From the NCBI GenBank assembly GCA_044892525.1, contig CM097887.1:12090001-12154000 (forward strand): DNA of 64,000 nt. Direction: 5' to 3'. Shown here one piece after another: positions 35,443-49,554 of this stretch (position 1 is its first letter; each line of letters starts with the position of its first letter). A program made the translations under genes and the position numbers. Source of the stretch: Schmidtea polychroa. Lineage: Eukaryota. The notes below the pieces were generated by a model. That model was not told where the DNA came from. It saw only the letters and a program-made list of their open reading frames with translations, and made no database searches.

Positions 35443-38400
35443 AAACATGCCTACAAAACCCAGCCGAAAGATTGAAAACCGAACCCAGAAACGAGAAGAA
35501 ACAACCAATTGAAGCCTTGATCCAGAAATAAAACTGTTGCATGTGACTTGTACTTGAGTTTGGACACGGTATAAGTATGTATGTGTATTGTGACCAGTCA
35601 CTGTATGTGGCAACTGCTTGAATTTTAGCTTAGACCTTTTTCTGATAATTCAATTTTAACATGTCTTAAACTATTATAGTATGTTTATAGGTTGATGGAA
35701 ATGTAATAGACTATGACCAGGGAAATTCATATGTCTAACAGAATTGCGGGACGCAATTTTGACGGGTCCCGGAGTGATTTGTTGGGCTAGAACCGAGAAT
35801 CGAGAGCTTGTTTTAATGAATCAAAAATATATAACATAAAAATCGCACCAAGTTAAATTAAAACACCAACCCATACAAACTAAAGTACATGACACACGGA
35901 TGATAAATAAGACCCGGGTAATAAAATAAAGGAAGGCAAATAAAGGTCGTCATGCATTCATGCAAAAATTAATCAGAATTGCCTCGCATTCTATTTGGAT
36001 ATAGTAGCAGAGAATGCGTAGGCGTATAATTCAATCAGTATAATTACTGAGTGAAATTTCATTTTTTTCGTCACTCTCAACTGGTTAACTGAAAATCGCT
36101 ACAGTAGACAATTCCTATCCCGTAGCTCTCGATTGTCAGTTTTTATGCATGCGTGGTGAGGTAAATTTGATTTTTGTTAATTTTATGATAATGATAAATT
36201 TATTTGAAATAATATGTAATTTTTAGGATTTAGTAATTGAATTTGTTTGGCTAATTTTGTGTTTGTTCGTTTTAATTTTAACTTGGAATAATATTTTAAT
36301 AGAAGTAAGATGAGTTTGATTTTATTAATGACAAATTTATATGATATAAAATGTAATTTGTAGGATTGAATAAAATTTTTAATTGGATTTGTTTTAATTG
36401 ATTCTTGAGCTTTGTCTATGCTATTTTTGTCTTTTTTGGATAATAATATAATATAAGTTGGTTTTTCAATGAAATTATGTATCGATGCTCTGGGCTGGGG
36501 AAGGTTTGTGGACGGGCGGCACTACGTGCTGTTAGTCGACAGATGTTTCGCCAGTTAGGTCCATCGGGGTAAGGGATATAGATTGGGATATGAACGGTTG
36601 GAGAGGGTAAAATCAATTTGTGATAGTTTAGGGCCTTATTTAGAGTTAGATAGTATAGGACGGCTCAGTCACTTTTATTTTCATAGATATTTCTGAGTTA
36701 GGAGAAATAATAGGATAGTTATGTCCAGTTGTCGGTAGACGAAGTAGATTTAGGCAATCTTATAGAAACCACGAATAGTTAAGATATCCGATAGTTCAGG
36801 ATTGGAAATACAGGCAGATCCCTGCTCGAAACTTTTATGGGGAGTGTGGAAACAGGTTTATCAACTTGGGAATAAGGGCAGACCCCTACTCAAATTTTTG
36901 AAGAATTAAGTTACATTTTTCACAAGAACCGCCGAAAATATGGAACGACATTTATCGACAAATATTATAGAAAACACATAATGATTTACGACAGAAAAAT
37001 AAGGGCGCATCCCTGCACAAAATTTTGAAAAGAAACAATAGAAAACATCCAGAAATGAGGACCATAGCTGAATAAAATAGAAAAGTAGAAAGTAGAAATA
37101 GAAAATGATTAATGACGTAAGACCTTCTATCGACCGTCTAGAACCCGAAGAGAAAATACAATGGGGAGTAGTTTTAGCAATAGAGCTCACCCGCTTATTG
37201 TTTTTTCGCCTTTGTGTACATTACCAACATGGTCGTCGCCATGGGTACACAAATGGTTTAAGGTGCAATAGTCACGGAGGTGCTTAGGAAAGAGTCGAGT
37301 GAATATCTAAATTACCCCAGACGTATTTAAACTATAAAATGACACACCCCTAAGTAACCAACAGAACTAAAATATCTAAATCGTCAAAAATACACAATTC
37401 AATTGAGAAATATATATATCGCTTCTTTCTAGAATGTAAATGCATCAAATTTGAGACATTATGGAATGCCATGATTTTTTATATGCCTACTTTGACGTGT
37501 TGTAGAACAGACTATGAGTTATCACAAAGATATTGACGCATCAAATTGTAGCCTGACTCACCTCTATTGAATCAATGATTCATTGCTACGACTCATTGTT
37601 CCTGTAATAAATAATAATCATAGGAGCCAAATAGCATTTATCACAATACTTTAATTCATTTAAGGATAAGTTTAAGGATAAGTTTAAGGATAATAAAGAG
37701 TTAAAGTTTTGAGGAAAGATTTACATTTTGAGGAAATATAAATAGTTAAATTGAAATTGTTTAAATTTTACTTAATTCACTATAAAAATATAAATACGAA
37801 TAATGAACGATTTAATTACTAAAACTGACTGTCCAATTTGCTATGATTCGATGACAGATTATAACTATGTTGTGTTTGCCGGCTGCCATCATAGAACTTG
37901 TAAATATTGCGCCGAAGAAATCATGTTCAAAGGGTCTCCTCGGTGTCAACTTGATAATGGAAAAATCAAGGCAATTATCAATTCCCGAAGGGATCCTGAT
38001 GAAGACGATAACGTGATATTTGAACGTCAATCTGTCAAACAATATCGGCATTCAATATTATCAACGGAGCCCCAATCAATTATAGAGGAAATCCAGAATA
38101 TTTGGATGGAAAGAACATTACATTTCAAGCGCATTGTAGATAAAGCCGAAGAAAGCCTGAATATTTTAAAAAACAGATTTATAATTTGGGTCGACAATGA
38201 CGGATCAGTTGATAAGAAAGAATTAGTGGAATTCCATAATAAGATTTACTTCAAACAAAACAACGAAATGATTCTTTTACACCGAGCAGAAATTATGAAA
38301 GTTTCTGATAAAGAAATGATTTATCAAAATTATATCAGTCTGTTGCCAGTTTCAGAAAATCTTTCATTAGACTTGATGAATATTTGGAATTCCCGTTTCT

Positions 38401-39732
38401 GTAATAGATTCCATGAAATTGTACTTCCATATTTTATTTGTTTAATTGATCCAGAAATCCACCAAAAAAAGTATCTCATTGATTTTCTGCAAAATATCAA
38501 TCAACGTTTGAACGATTTGAGCTTTATTTTAAAAAATCTGATTTGCTTTGTTTTATCATTTTTAAAAAATAATAAAGAAATTTATGAAAAATTACAGAAA
38601 AATCTCGATCAAATAAATTTTGATAATTGTTTGATTTGCACTGATCAAATTGATTTTCATCGATATGCCAAATTATCGAATTGCTCACACAAAATATGCA
38701 AATCGTGCATTGATCAATTTATGATTACTCATGCTTGTTGTCCATTTGATAGTGAGGTAGGAATGAATGATTTGTCAATGATTATTGATGAAGAATTCAA
38801 TGAAGATATTGGAAAGAATAAAGAAAATGAAAGCGTTATGAATTACTTGAAAAATAATTCTCAAAATATTTACAATGAATTTATTGATGAAGTAGATATG
38901 TTTAAGGCAAAGTTGATAAATAACAAAAAGGAGTATTCAGTTTTGATGGAGAAAATGAGTTGTTTGTTTAATTTATTAACTTCTGAACCATCAAATGTCA
39001 CCAAAATAAAACAATGTTCAGATGGAATGAAACAAGAATATGTGAAATTTATCAATGATGGAGTCATTATATTTCCACCATCCGTTATAGTCTTCATCTA
39101 TAAAGAAATTTCCTTCAATATGATGCAAAACAAATTGTCAAGAGATCTAAACTTGTACTCAACGGAATTTGACAATCTTTTCATTACATAATTTTTTTTC
39201 TTTACATTGATTTTCTGCAAGAACCACTGTATACAGGTGGCGACATTTATCAGGAGTTGGATAATTGTTTGGTAGCTTATCAGTTGATTCTTGATTGTGG
39301 TTTGGAAAACACGAAGATGATAGACAATTAATGGGAAAATAAGATTAATAAATAAAAATTATTTTTTTGCTTTTCAACTTTGCATTATATATTTTTTTCA
39401 TATTGTTAATATAATTATAATTATATTTGCGATTATTTACCATAATCTGCGTCATTTTTTTTACTAGAAATACAGCAGATTCCTGCTCAAATTTTTTGAA
39501 AGATTAGTTAAATTTTCATAAGTATTATGGAAAATACACAGTATCATTTATTAATAGAAAAGTAAGGACGGATAACATTTGAAAACGTCTAGTGGGGAGG
39601 ACCATAATTAAATAAATCAACAACAATAATCCAAGAAAAAAATAGATAATGAATACTAGCGTAAGACCTTCTATCGGCGCTCCAGAACCCGAAAGGAAAA
39701 TACAATGAGGAGTAGTTTTAGCTATAGAGCTC
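35443..39732 (+). repeat. Segmental duplication copy 2 (RING cassette)
   Basis: Colinear with 12929-17218. Confidence 0.95.
37803..39331 (+). pseudogene. Second copy of the double-RING gene; a 1-nt deletion in a T run at ~39180 truncates it at 462 aa
   Basis: T5 in copy 1 versus T4 here; otherwise only a few substitutions; could be a sequencing error. Confidence 0.75.
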
Positions 39733-39765
39733 ACCAGCTCATTTATTTTCAACTATGGTGTAGAG

Positions 39766-40264
39766 CAGGGGTGGCCAACATTTTTGGTAAAAGGGCCGTT
39801 ACAATATTTTTGAATAATGCGGCGGGCCGCAGGTTTGAAAGGCGTAAATTTTTAACTAATGCTTCTGTGCTAATTCCAACTAAGGAACAGGAGAAGCGCA
39901 GTAATAGCCCATAGTGGGGTCTGAGATAACCGCTAAAAAAACAATACAGCATTTGCGTGCATGTTAAATAAATTATGCTTCTTAGGTACAGGATAAACTG
40001 GCACTATTTATACTTGATAGCCCTGATTATAAAGCATAATGAATCGGGCAAATTTTCAAAATGTAGCATACAAAACTAATTGGATAAAATAGATAAAAAT
40101 ATGAAATAAACAATAAATTTTGTTCAATATTTACCGTATTATAATTATTAACTATATATTCTTTGTGTTGCATTTATTACATTTTTTGTATTATATCGTA
40201 TTTTAAAGTTTTTATTAAATTTTCAAAATATTAAAGCATGCGGGCCGCCGGTTGGCCACTCCTG
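39766..40264. mobile_element. hAT (Buster/Charlie-type) MITE, 499 bp
   Basis: TIRs CAGGGGTGGCCAAC / GTTGGCCACTCCTG; 8-bp TSD GTGTAGAG (39758-39765, 40265-40272) with central TA. Confidence 0.93.
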
Positions 40265-43200
40265 GTGTAGAGTATCAACATGGTCATCGCCATGGGTACA
40301 CAGACGGTCTAAAGTACAATAGTCATGAAGGCGTTTGTGAAGGAATCGATTTAAAATCTATGTTAGATGATGAGGGTAGGCCCATCACCACATTTAACCT
40401 CAACAGATATTATGATACAGGGCCCAAGAGATACAGGGTCAATGTGTACGCAGAAGAGCGTAGATAAATAAAAATCCTCTCCAATAGCTCAACAATTCAA
40501 ATTCCCAATAGCTGAACAATCCAATTCCTCAAACAATAACAATAACCAACAATCCAATTCCTCAAATATTAACAATAACTGTTAATATTTTCTTTATCAA
40601 ATTTTATTTTTACTGACATTGATCAACATCCTCTGTGTTTTTTAACTTCATTGAATTTCATTTTATTGATATCCATCTATTGTGTATAAAATTTTAATTG
40701 TATTTTATTATAAATTTTATGTACACTTATAATTTGTAAACATAAAAAATATATATATATCAAGGGTATTTAAAACAGAAATTAATATTTATAAATAATA
40801 ATAATAATAATTTAAAATATATTTAAAAAGTATTAATTTTTACAAGTTAATAATTAATTAAAGCCATAATCTAATTTCAAGTTAATAATTTGTTAAGGCC
40901 AAGTTAAATGAAATGTTAATAATTAAGGCCTTGGCCTTAAATGAAATTTAATATCAGTCTGACGAGACTGAAATAATTAAAATTAATTTATATATAGAAA
41001 AATGATAATCTGAAATAAAAAAAATTAATTTATTCAAAATATTTTAGTATAAACGACTCAAAAAATCAGTGTAGCCGCCCAAAAATTCCGCGTTCAAACA
41101 CTTATTCGAAGGTTAATCCTGAGAATATTTTAAAACCAGAATCAGACAGAAACGATTCACATTTTGACCAAACTTACTAAGATATAGCACGCACTACATA
41201 ACATAAAACACAACATATATATTTTTGCAAGCAGTTTGAAAGAAGTGATCAAAGAAATAATTGTTCGAGTTTGCGAAAATTTTTAGAACTGAAAATTATA
41301 TATCTTCGGTAAATTTTAGTTATAATAAATATTTATATTCAGATTTGTTTTGATTTATACCTATATAAGAACCGAACAAGTTGAGTGTTTTCGAATATCG
41401 AGACCTCAAAATCTATAATTACCCCTAACACATTTAAAAATAAATTGACACACCCCGAAGCGACTAACAAAACAGTAGAAAAACGGAAGAAACTCTAAAT
41501 ATGAACACCCATAAATTCTTTGCTTAAAGAAGAACTTCAATTTAATGTATTAACTTCGAAGGCAGAATTTCGAGCATACAGATTGCATAAACTAGCTACA
41601 GTAATTGCAATTAGTGATACATATCATTAATAATCATCATTAAAAACAAAGCTCACCTACCCTTTAATTTTCACAGAGAGTTGGCCATACCAACATGACA
41701 GTTGTCATGAGGATATTGATTGCGAAAATTCTAAACCGTTGGCGTTCGAACACTGAGTCTACGGCCGGCTAATAACCTAATTTTTGATCACCGAAACGCT
41801 AACAATATAAACATCATCTAGAAAGTAAAAACAGTACTTGAAAGATTGGCAAAATTATGTAAAATATCAAAACCTGAAAAATGTAACTTTTTCCAACAAG
41901 AAAATTGTATCCATATCAATAACTACCAATAATATGGCAATTGATATTTCAAAAAAACATAATATCGTGATTTGAAATTTAATGAATAATTTACAAATAT
42001 TACAGTTTAAAACTTATTTATATTATCTTTATTTAGATTTCTTAAAATAATTATAACAGAATTTCTAGATTAGGAATTATTTGTATTCTATTTAATTTTT
42101 TGTAATTGTTTTACAAAACTAAATTCATTGTTTAAATAATTATTACTAATTATATTTGTTGCTATACAATTTTGAAATTTGGATTAATCAATTTTATATT
42201 ATTATTACCAATTGTAAGATACCAGATAACAAAAATGATTTTATCAAATTGGAAATTTCAGAATTTCATACTGAATTTCTTATGTTTTGGTTTAGTTGCT
42301 GTCGCTTGGGGATTTTTATTTGTCTGTGCAAGAGGTATCATAACTGATAATTTAGGATAACAATTTCTCTACTGATAATAAATATATTTCAAATAATTTT
42401 AATTATTGTTTGTAAAATTATTGATTTCTTAAAAATGGTAATCAGCAAAAAGGCGAGATGAGAACTGATTCATATTCACAAATATTTCTGAATTTTGTGG
42501 TTTGTATTCTTGAAGAGTTGGAAAATGAGCATAATTAAAGCAGTTTTTGTTTATTAAATTTATTATCGTTATTTAACATGCGATCACGGGCCAGTCAAAT
42601 ATCTTCATAAACTTGTAAGAATCCTTTTTAGGTTGCAGACACCTGTTTATATTTATAATTTTTTATATTTTCTATTTTTTTTAAAATTATCTTTTAATTT
42701 TTGCTTTAATATGTAAATATCATTTTTTATTTTTGTAGTGGCCAAAAATACTTGATAAATGTATAATGGCAAGTGGCCTTGATCTTTGTCTTTTAATTTT
42801 TTTGATGTTTTATATTACTTACAGTTAGCAATTGTTTTCTAATTCTTTGAAGCAACTTGTTATGGAATAAACATTTTTGCATGGGATAAATAACAATCTT
42901 CTGATGACTACTTGTATTATAAAAATTTGAACTCATCAAATTAATAGAAACCCACTAGATAAAGACGTTATCAAAATTACTAACGGTTTTAAATCATATA
43001 CGTTGGGAATGGAAAGTCATAAGTGATAAGATTATAGTGACAAATCCACAGACACTTACTAGGGAGATGCATTCAAAATCACGGCGGAAAGTGAAATACA
43101 TTCGGTTTTATTCGTGAACTTCATGGTGAAAAATGAACACACAATTTTGATTTAATTACGTGTTGGTGTATTTTCTATGCAATCAGTACAAGCGTCATGT

Positions 43201-43529
43201 GAATATTATGTCAAAATTGTCCGATTATAACATATTCAATTTGGAAATTGTGTATATTTAATAAATGTTCGTATGTTTGAAATCATGTCTTAAATTTATT
43301 TATATTTTCAAACGCTTTATGGTAATACTTTTTACCCCAAGTGAAACTGATGTTGTCATCGTTAAGGAATTATTATAATCATAGCAAGGTAAATAAGATT
43401 GACTATGAATCTCCATAATGTACAAATCATGGCTATAGTATCTTAAAGCTCCCTCAATTTTTTAATTAAAATATAATTTAAATATTAAACATTTACATAA
43501 CAGACAATTTAATCATTTCTTAACAACTC

Positions 43530-44120
43530 AATTAAACAGCCGAAGACGGATCTTTAACCACACACATTTTCCCTTCAAACATATTCATCAATATAACTTT
43601 GCAAATGCTTCCTAGTTGTCCCGTTCATCAATTTGAATTTCTTTTTCGCAGCACTCCAAGAACCTTCGATTGCATTCGTATGTACTCCGGTAACAGGATT
43701 CTTTAAATACAAGCCATGGTTAACTACCTGGTGGATGCATGACCCTAATAACGCGAACGGTGAAGGTAAATTCCTCGTGTAATTGGACCTCCAGTATATA
43801 CCAAAAATTCATCGCTCCATGCAGTCGAATTCACTCTAACCACTTGTTGTATAAAAGGAAATAAGGTACTTCTTTTCATATATTTTTTAAACTTTCAAAA
43901 TTACGCACTTGATTGTCACATCATCTATACCAAATGCCCAATACTTTCGCCCAATTATACCGCTTGGGTTTCCTCTAAAATGTTTACACTTCATAATTTT
44001 GGATTCGTCTATCTGCACACACAGATTTTCTCCGCTAAATTGCTCAATGTTTCCTGGCAATTCATGTTTTATTTTTCGACGTATTTTCAATGAACCACCT
44101 CGCACAAACTTTATCATCTA
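43530..44120 (-). pseudogene. Merlin (IS1595/ISXO2-like) transposase relic
   Basis: VQIDESK...WAFGID and HQVVNHGLYLKNPVTGVHTNAIEGSWSALRK in different frames. Confidence 0.85.
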
Positions 44121-45677
44121 CCAGCAATTTAGTGAGCCTGAGTAAGTCCATATAATTATTTTGAAGTTAAGTTAAAAAATAAAAAAAAGATTTTTAATTT
44201 TAAAATTTGGGGGGGGGGCTTAAAGATACTATTGCCAAAATCAAGAATTAATTGTCATTGTTTTTCATATATTAGAAAATATTGAATTAACGGTTGCATT
44301 TTTTTTAAACTTAGAGTTAGCTGTTGTGGTGAGGCGGTTCTTTTCACTTTGCTATCAAGTATCCCTACTCACCCCGTTTAATTAATATATACGTTGTTAG
44401 TGTCTATCGCAATGAGAACTAGCCTCACAGTAAGCAGCACCTATTCAGTTTAGCACTGTGCTATGTATCATCCAATGTGAGACGAATTCATGCGCGACAA
44501 TCTTTGATCGGAAGAATTTCCAAAATACCTCCAGGGGCACTAGTCGTGTTCCTATATGTTTATTATATATTTTCGAATAAATATGAATTGTGTTTATGTT
44601 AATGTTTTTTTCGAATTTTTTTTAAATATATATATATATATATAGGGGAAGGACGAAACTGAATAAGTGCCCAGTGATCTTCCTTTTAATAATTATGCTT
44701 GTCAATTCTCCAGAAATCAGTTTCGGCATTAGAAGGCTTTTCAATAATTTCTGATATCATTAGTTCTTATACTAGATCATATCATAATGCTGAAAATTGT
44801 TAATCTAAACGATAATTCTATAATTAATGCTTAAATTAATACAAAACCCTTAAAAATGTAATCATGTAAACGGTTAAACAGTCACAAACAGAAATAAACA
44901 TTTTGAATGAATTTGGCCCCCCCCCCACAAGCCTTTAACAAACCCACAACGTAAATTTTAAAACACCGCATTTTAAGAACTACCTCTCCTAACCAAAACC
45001 ATACCAATAGATTACTTTTTCAAATTTCTACTAATTACAATTTGTCTAAATTAAATTTTATCCAATTTGGGAAGAGAAATCTATATAGTTGATGTTATTC
45101 GGCTGAAGTTATTTATAAAACATTACGAACAACAGCAATTTAAACTGAGCCGAACTAATTTATCACTTTCAGGTGATTATCAAAATAACCGCGCTAAAGA
45201 TACTACTCACAAATCAGTTAGCATTTGTATTACTATTAAACTAGCAGTAGTAATAAAATAAAAAAAAAAAAAAACATTTAATTCAATCACGTAATTTTTG
45301 TTGTTTCAAATAATTTTCAAATAATGTTAAATAAATTTGAAGTATTAATTTTTAATATAACAAAAATAAACTCAGAAAATATATATGTGAAATAACTCTC
45401 AAGATATTAAAAATTAAAGATCCTTCGAATGATTAATTTCATTTCTCACTCCTTCAAATTCATAAATTCTATCTTTCCTCACATGAGAAGCTGCTGTAGA
45501 GTAAGTTACCAATAAACAAATTTGACGAGGTTCTGAAGAAAATGTGACTGATTTTTTCTGATTAATTCGGTGGTTATTTTTAATGCATGAGTTTTTCGGT
45601 GGTTGACTCAAAGATGGGATAGACTTTTTGCAGCAATAAACAAACAGACAATCAGATTCATTATTGGTACTGTGATA

Positions 45678-45715
<38 letters not shown>

Positions 45716-45716
<1 letters not shown>

Positions 45717-46428
45717 GTTTAAATTCACGACAACGAATAATAATTTTATTTTTGAATAATAACAATTTGTCCATGTCAATACCATAAGATAATGCCATCA
45801 TTGAACAACCTAATGGTCGCATCTCAGTTGATTGGGTAGAAAGCTGCTTAATATCCGCAATAGAACGACATATTATGTCACAAGGCATTTCATATCCATG
45901 TTCATATCTAAATCGAGCTGCTTCCATTTGTGCACGACATACTTGAGATCGATAATCAGGGATCATACCAGTCATAACACCTCCAGTACTTTCAGTAATA
46001 TTGAACAATCTTGTAGCTGAACTCTTCTCAATCATTTTATATGGAACCTTTCTTTGTGTAGCTACTACATCACAATTATTGCCTCGAATACCAACGGAAA
46101 GCAATCCACCAAATAAATTTGAGATTAGTTGGCCAAAAACACCATTGACGTTATCCGATTCAAAGGAACATTTATCCTGGATCATATTGTTTGAATCATA
46201 ACTCTCTTCGTTAAAAGCAGCCATATTTGATCGGAAGTACATAAACCGAAAATCGATAAGAATCCAACAATTCGAGTTCACTGCAATATCACACTCAAAC
46301 CAATGCCAGTTCAGAAGAAACACACAAATTCCCCTCACTCCAAGGCACAATCACAATCCATTCTCAATTTTACGCGTCTGTGTGCGCACACAACCAAAAA
46401 ACACAAGGAAAGTAAAAAGCGCACACAG
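45716..46428 (-). mobile_element. Diverged solo-LTR-like relative of the 22035-25820 LTR, with intact ORF 45712-46350
   Basis: Shared core VVATQRxVPxKMIEKSSATRLFNITEST..MTGMIPDYRSQVxRAQMEAAxFRYxHGYExPCDI; same cgcgtctgtgtgcgc..gcgcacacag inverted repeat; left end tgttt..aaattc next to (ATT)n; right end lost in N run. Confidence 0.75.
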
Positions 46429-47099
46429 NNNNNNNNNNNNNNNNNNNNNNNNNNNNNNNNNNNNNNNNNNNNNNNNNNNNNNNNNNNNNNNNNNNNNNNN
46501 NNNNNNNNNNNNNNNNNNNNNNNNNNNNNNNNNNNNNNNNNNNNNNNNNNNNNNNNNNNNNNNNNNNNNNNNNNNNNNNNNNNNNNNNNNNNNNNNNNNN
46601 NNNNNNNNNNNNNNNNNNNNNNNNNNNNNNNNNNNNNNNNNNNNNNNNNNNNNNNNNNNNNNNNNNNNNNNNNNNNNNNNNNNNNNNNNNNNNNNNNNNN
46701 NNNNNNNNNNNNTGAACAATTAATTAATAATTAATGTATTATTTGCAATTATTATTTATGATAGGTGGATGCTATTTTATTTTTGCCAATAAAAAAATAA
46801 AAATTAATAAAAACTAAAAATTAATATCTTTTTCTAGTTATATTATTAAGTATTAAAACAAATAAAACATTAAAATATTTTATTATGTGAAAGGTGCGCT
46901 GCTTATAGAACAAAGTAATTCTAATTGCGGCTCTTTCAATATTGCGCAATTGAGAGTGAGATTTTTATTTAATATATAATAAGGAGGAAAATGCTTTTCT
47001 CACAAATATGCGGTGGAAAAATGGCACAAAAATTTGAACTGCCATTTCAGACAAACATGGATACTCTCTTTTAACTGACAACCAAAAATTTCAGGTATT

Positions 47100-47820
47100 T
47101 TATTTTTAAAAAGTGCTTTTATATTATATATAGTTTTACATTTAAAGGCTGGATTATCCAAGGGAGTTGTGAAATATTGAATAAATTAATAATATTTGTA
47201 TGTTTGCCTTGCAAGGATAAATTCAACTCGTTAATTTTGTCGAACATATCAATCAAGTAACATAATTTTAACATAAAGCTTTCGTTACAAAAAGATCTGC
47301 CATAGTTGAATTCATTCTTAGCAAAAATAATTTTATTTCGTCTTTTAGCACCAAAACTCTTTTCAAACTTTTGTCTTTTGATAGCCATTTAACTTCAGCG
47401 TTTTATAATCTGATCCCATATTCTTATAGAGTTGGTAAAAAAGACATTTGTTAAGTGCGCGGCATTTTATAAAGTTAATAACACATAAAACCTCTTTCAA
47501 AATATGATTTAAATCAATAGAAAGTATTTTTCTCATTAATGCCTCACGATGAATCATACAATGCGTAAATGTTATTGTTGAACCATCTGGCAGTTGCTTA
47601 ATTCGTGCAAAAAGCTCATTTAGTTTACCTGTCATTGCAGCGGCACCATCACCACAGACCCCACGCAGTGCTCCCATAAACGCTGATTTTCTTTAAAAAA
47701 CTTGTTCAGTACATTAAAAATATTCTCTCCAGTAGCTTGGCCTTCAAATGGGAAACAAAACAATAAGTCTTCATTAAAAGTATCTTCAAATGAATGAATT
47801 GAAATCCGTAATCTTATCAT
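47100..47820 (-). pseudogene. hAT (Buster/Charlie, SCAND3/ZBED-like) transposase relic
   Basis: EDLLFC..TGENIFNVLNKFF..W..CVGVCGDGAAAMTG..F..IK....ITFTHCMIHREAL...L..ILKEV...INFIK.RALN across three frameshifted ORFs. Confidence 0.88.
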
Positions 47821-49554
47821 TAATATTATTATTATTATTAATAGTTATTATTATTACTATTATTGTTGAGGTTTCCAAATCTCAACTTGATGGTTCCTAT
47901 ATAAATAAGAACACAAACACTGGTTCAACAAATTTATTTATTTATCTCAATTAAAAATTTAAAGAATAACATTAACTTCAAGTTGAGTGTTATACATGTG
48001 TGTATGCGTGTATGTGTGTATATGAATGCTTGCAGCTTCCTGAGCTCGGATGTGTAAATAGGTATGTTCTAAATATAGGAGTGGTTTGACTGAAAAATCA
48101 GTCTGCTCATATACTAATTTTTTTGTTTGCTTTTGATTTCTCAATAATTGTTATTGTGGGGTCATTTCCTGTTCCTTAAGAGTATAATTTTATTTTTGTA
48201 TCGACACGATTCCCATGGTCTATTTTTGAGGTTGGCATTTGTTTGTCATCACTTTGTAGAACCCTAACCCTAAAATGAAATTCCCTCAAATATTTATGAT
48301 GCTTTTTGTAAGTCATGGAAACATGTTCTAATTATATGCTGTTAATATGATCAAAGCTAACGAAAGTTGTACCTTACTATCTATTATTTATTTAATTTTC
48401 TATTGCAGTTTAAAAGAATGTTTCTAAACTAAATTTTCATATTACCTTTACAGAACAAAAATTAACATAAATATTAAAAATCAAAGTCAAATATTTTCAA
48501 CAAAATAAAGAATCTGCACTTAATACAATCGGAAGAAAAATGTTTGAATAAATGCTGTTAGCCGCAACAACATCAAATTCGTTTTGAAATTCCATAAAAT
48601 CAATTAATAAAATTACCAAATAAAATTACTTCACTAAAATTTATTTTATTCAAAAAACTGCGCTTTTCGTAATATTCAAACAAAAATATCTTCGAGGCTT
48701 TTTATTTTAATTTTGATGCTGATTTCAATGCTGGCTTAATTTATTTTTATATTTTAAACTTACTTTAATTTATTAATTTAAATATTTATAAAAAAATTTA
48801 TGCAATCTGATAAATACAATTTAAATGTTTATTTGCAAAGTTCCGTTATAACTTAAACGTGAATTCTACCCTTTCAAATGCACTTAGTGATAAATAAATA
48901 TGTCCACTGACAACATATTAATAATAATAACAATAAACAATACCAATAAATAATAATACCAATATTAATAATAATGATGATAATAACACCAAATAATAGA
49001 AATAAACAAAATATTATCAACAAACAAAATAAATTTATGCGTATGGGGATTTATTTTATTATAATGTCACCAAGAACCAATAAATCAATATAATTACATA
49101 AATAAATAAGTTAACAGATCACATCATATTTTTGTAAGTTATATATTGTTTCTGGAATCATGATCAAAATCTCGAATCACTCTTTGTTCTGCATGCGTAT
49201 ATTTACCCTATATTAATCTTTCCCTTTCAGTCTTAAGATTTTTAATGTTCGTCCATCTTCTAACATTATTATTATTATTAACATGATTATTATTATTATT
49301 GTCGGTATTATTAGTATCATTATTATTAATAATTTTATTATTAATATTGTTAGGATTAATTTTTTTTATTTTTATCAGCCCTATTGGTATTATTGTTTTT
49401 ATCATTGTAAAATTTTACTTTAAAAAAGCAGTAAGAATTTTTTCTTTTCGCATCACCGTACCTGGTGATTTCACCACCAAATTTTCACAAGTTTACTAAA
49501 ATGCGACCAAGTTGATGATACGGAACTGCGACAAATAATACAATTTGCTTCGTT

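Noticed and set aside
42150-42800. Scattered exon-like, hydrophobic short ORFs
   Set aside because: No recognisable family and no phase-consistent splice chain found by eye
47865-48145. Possible solo LTR (tgttgag...ctcaata)
   Set aside because: Imperfect end, and no TSD, PBS or PPT identified
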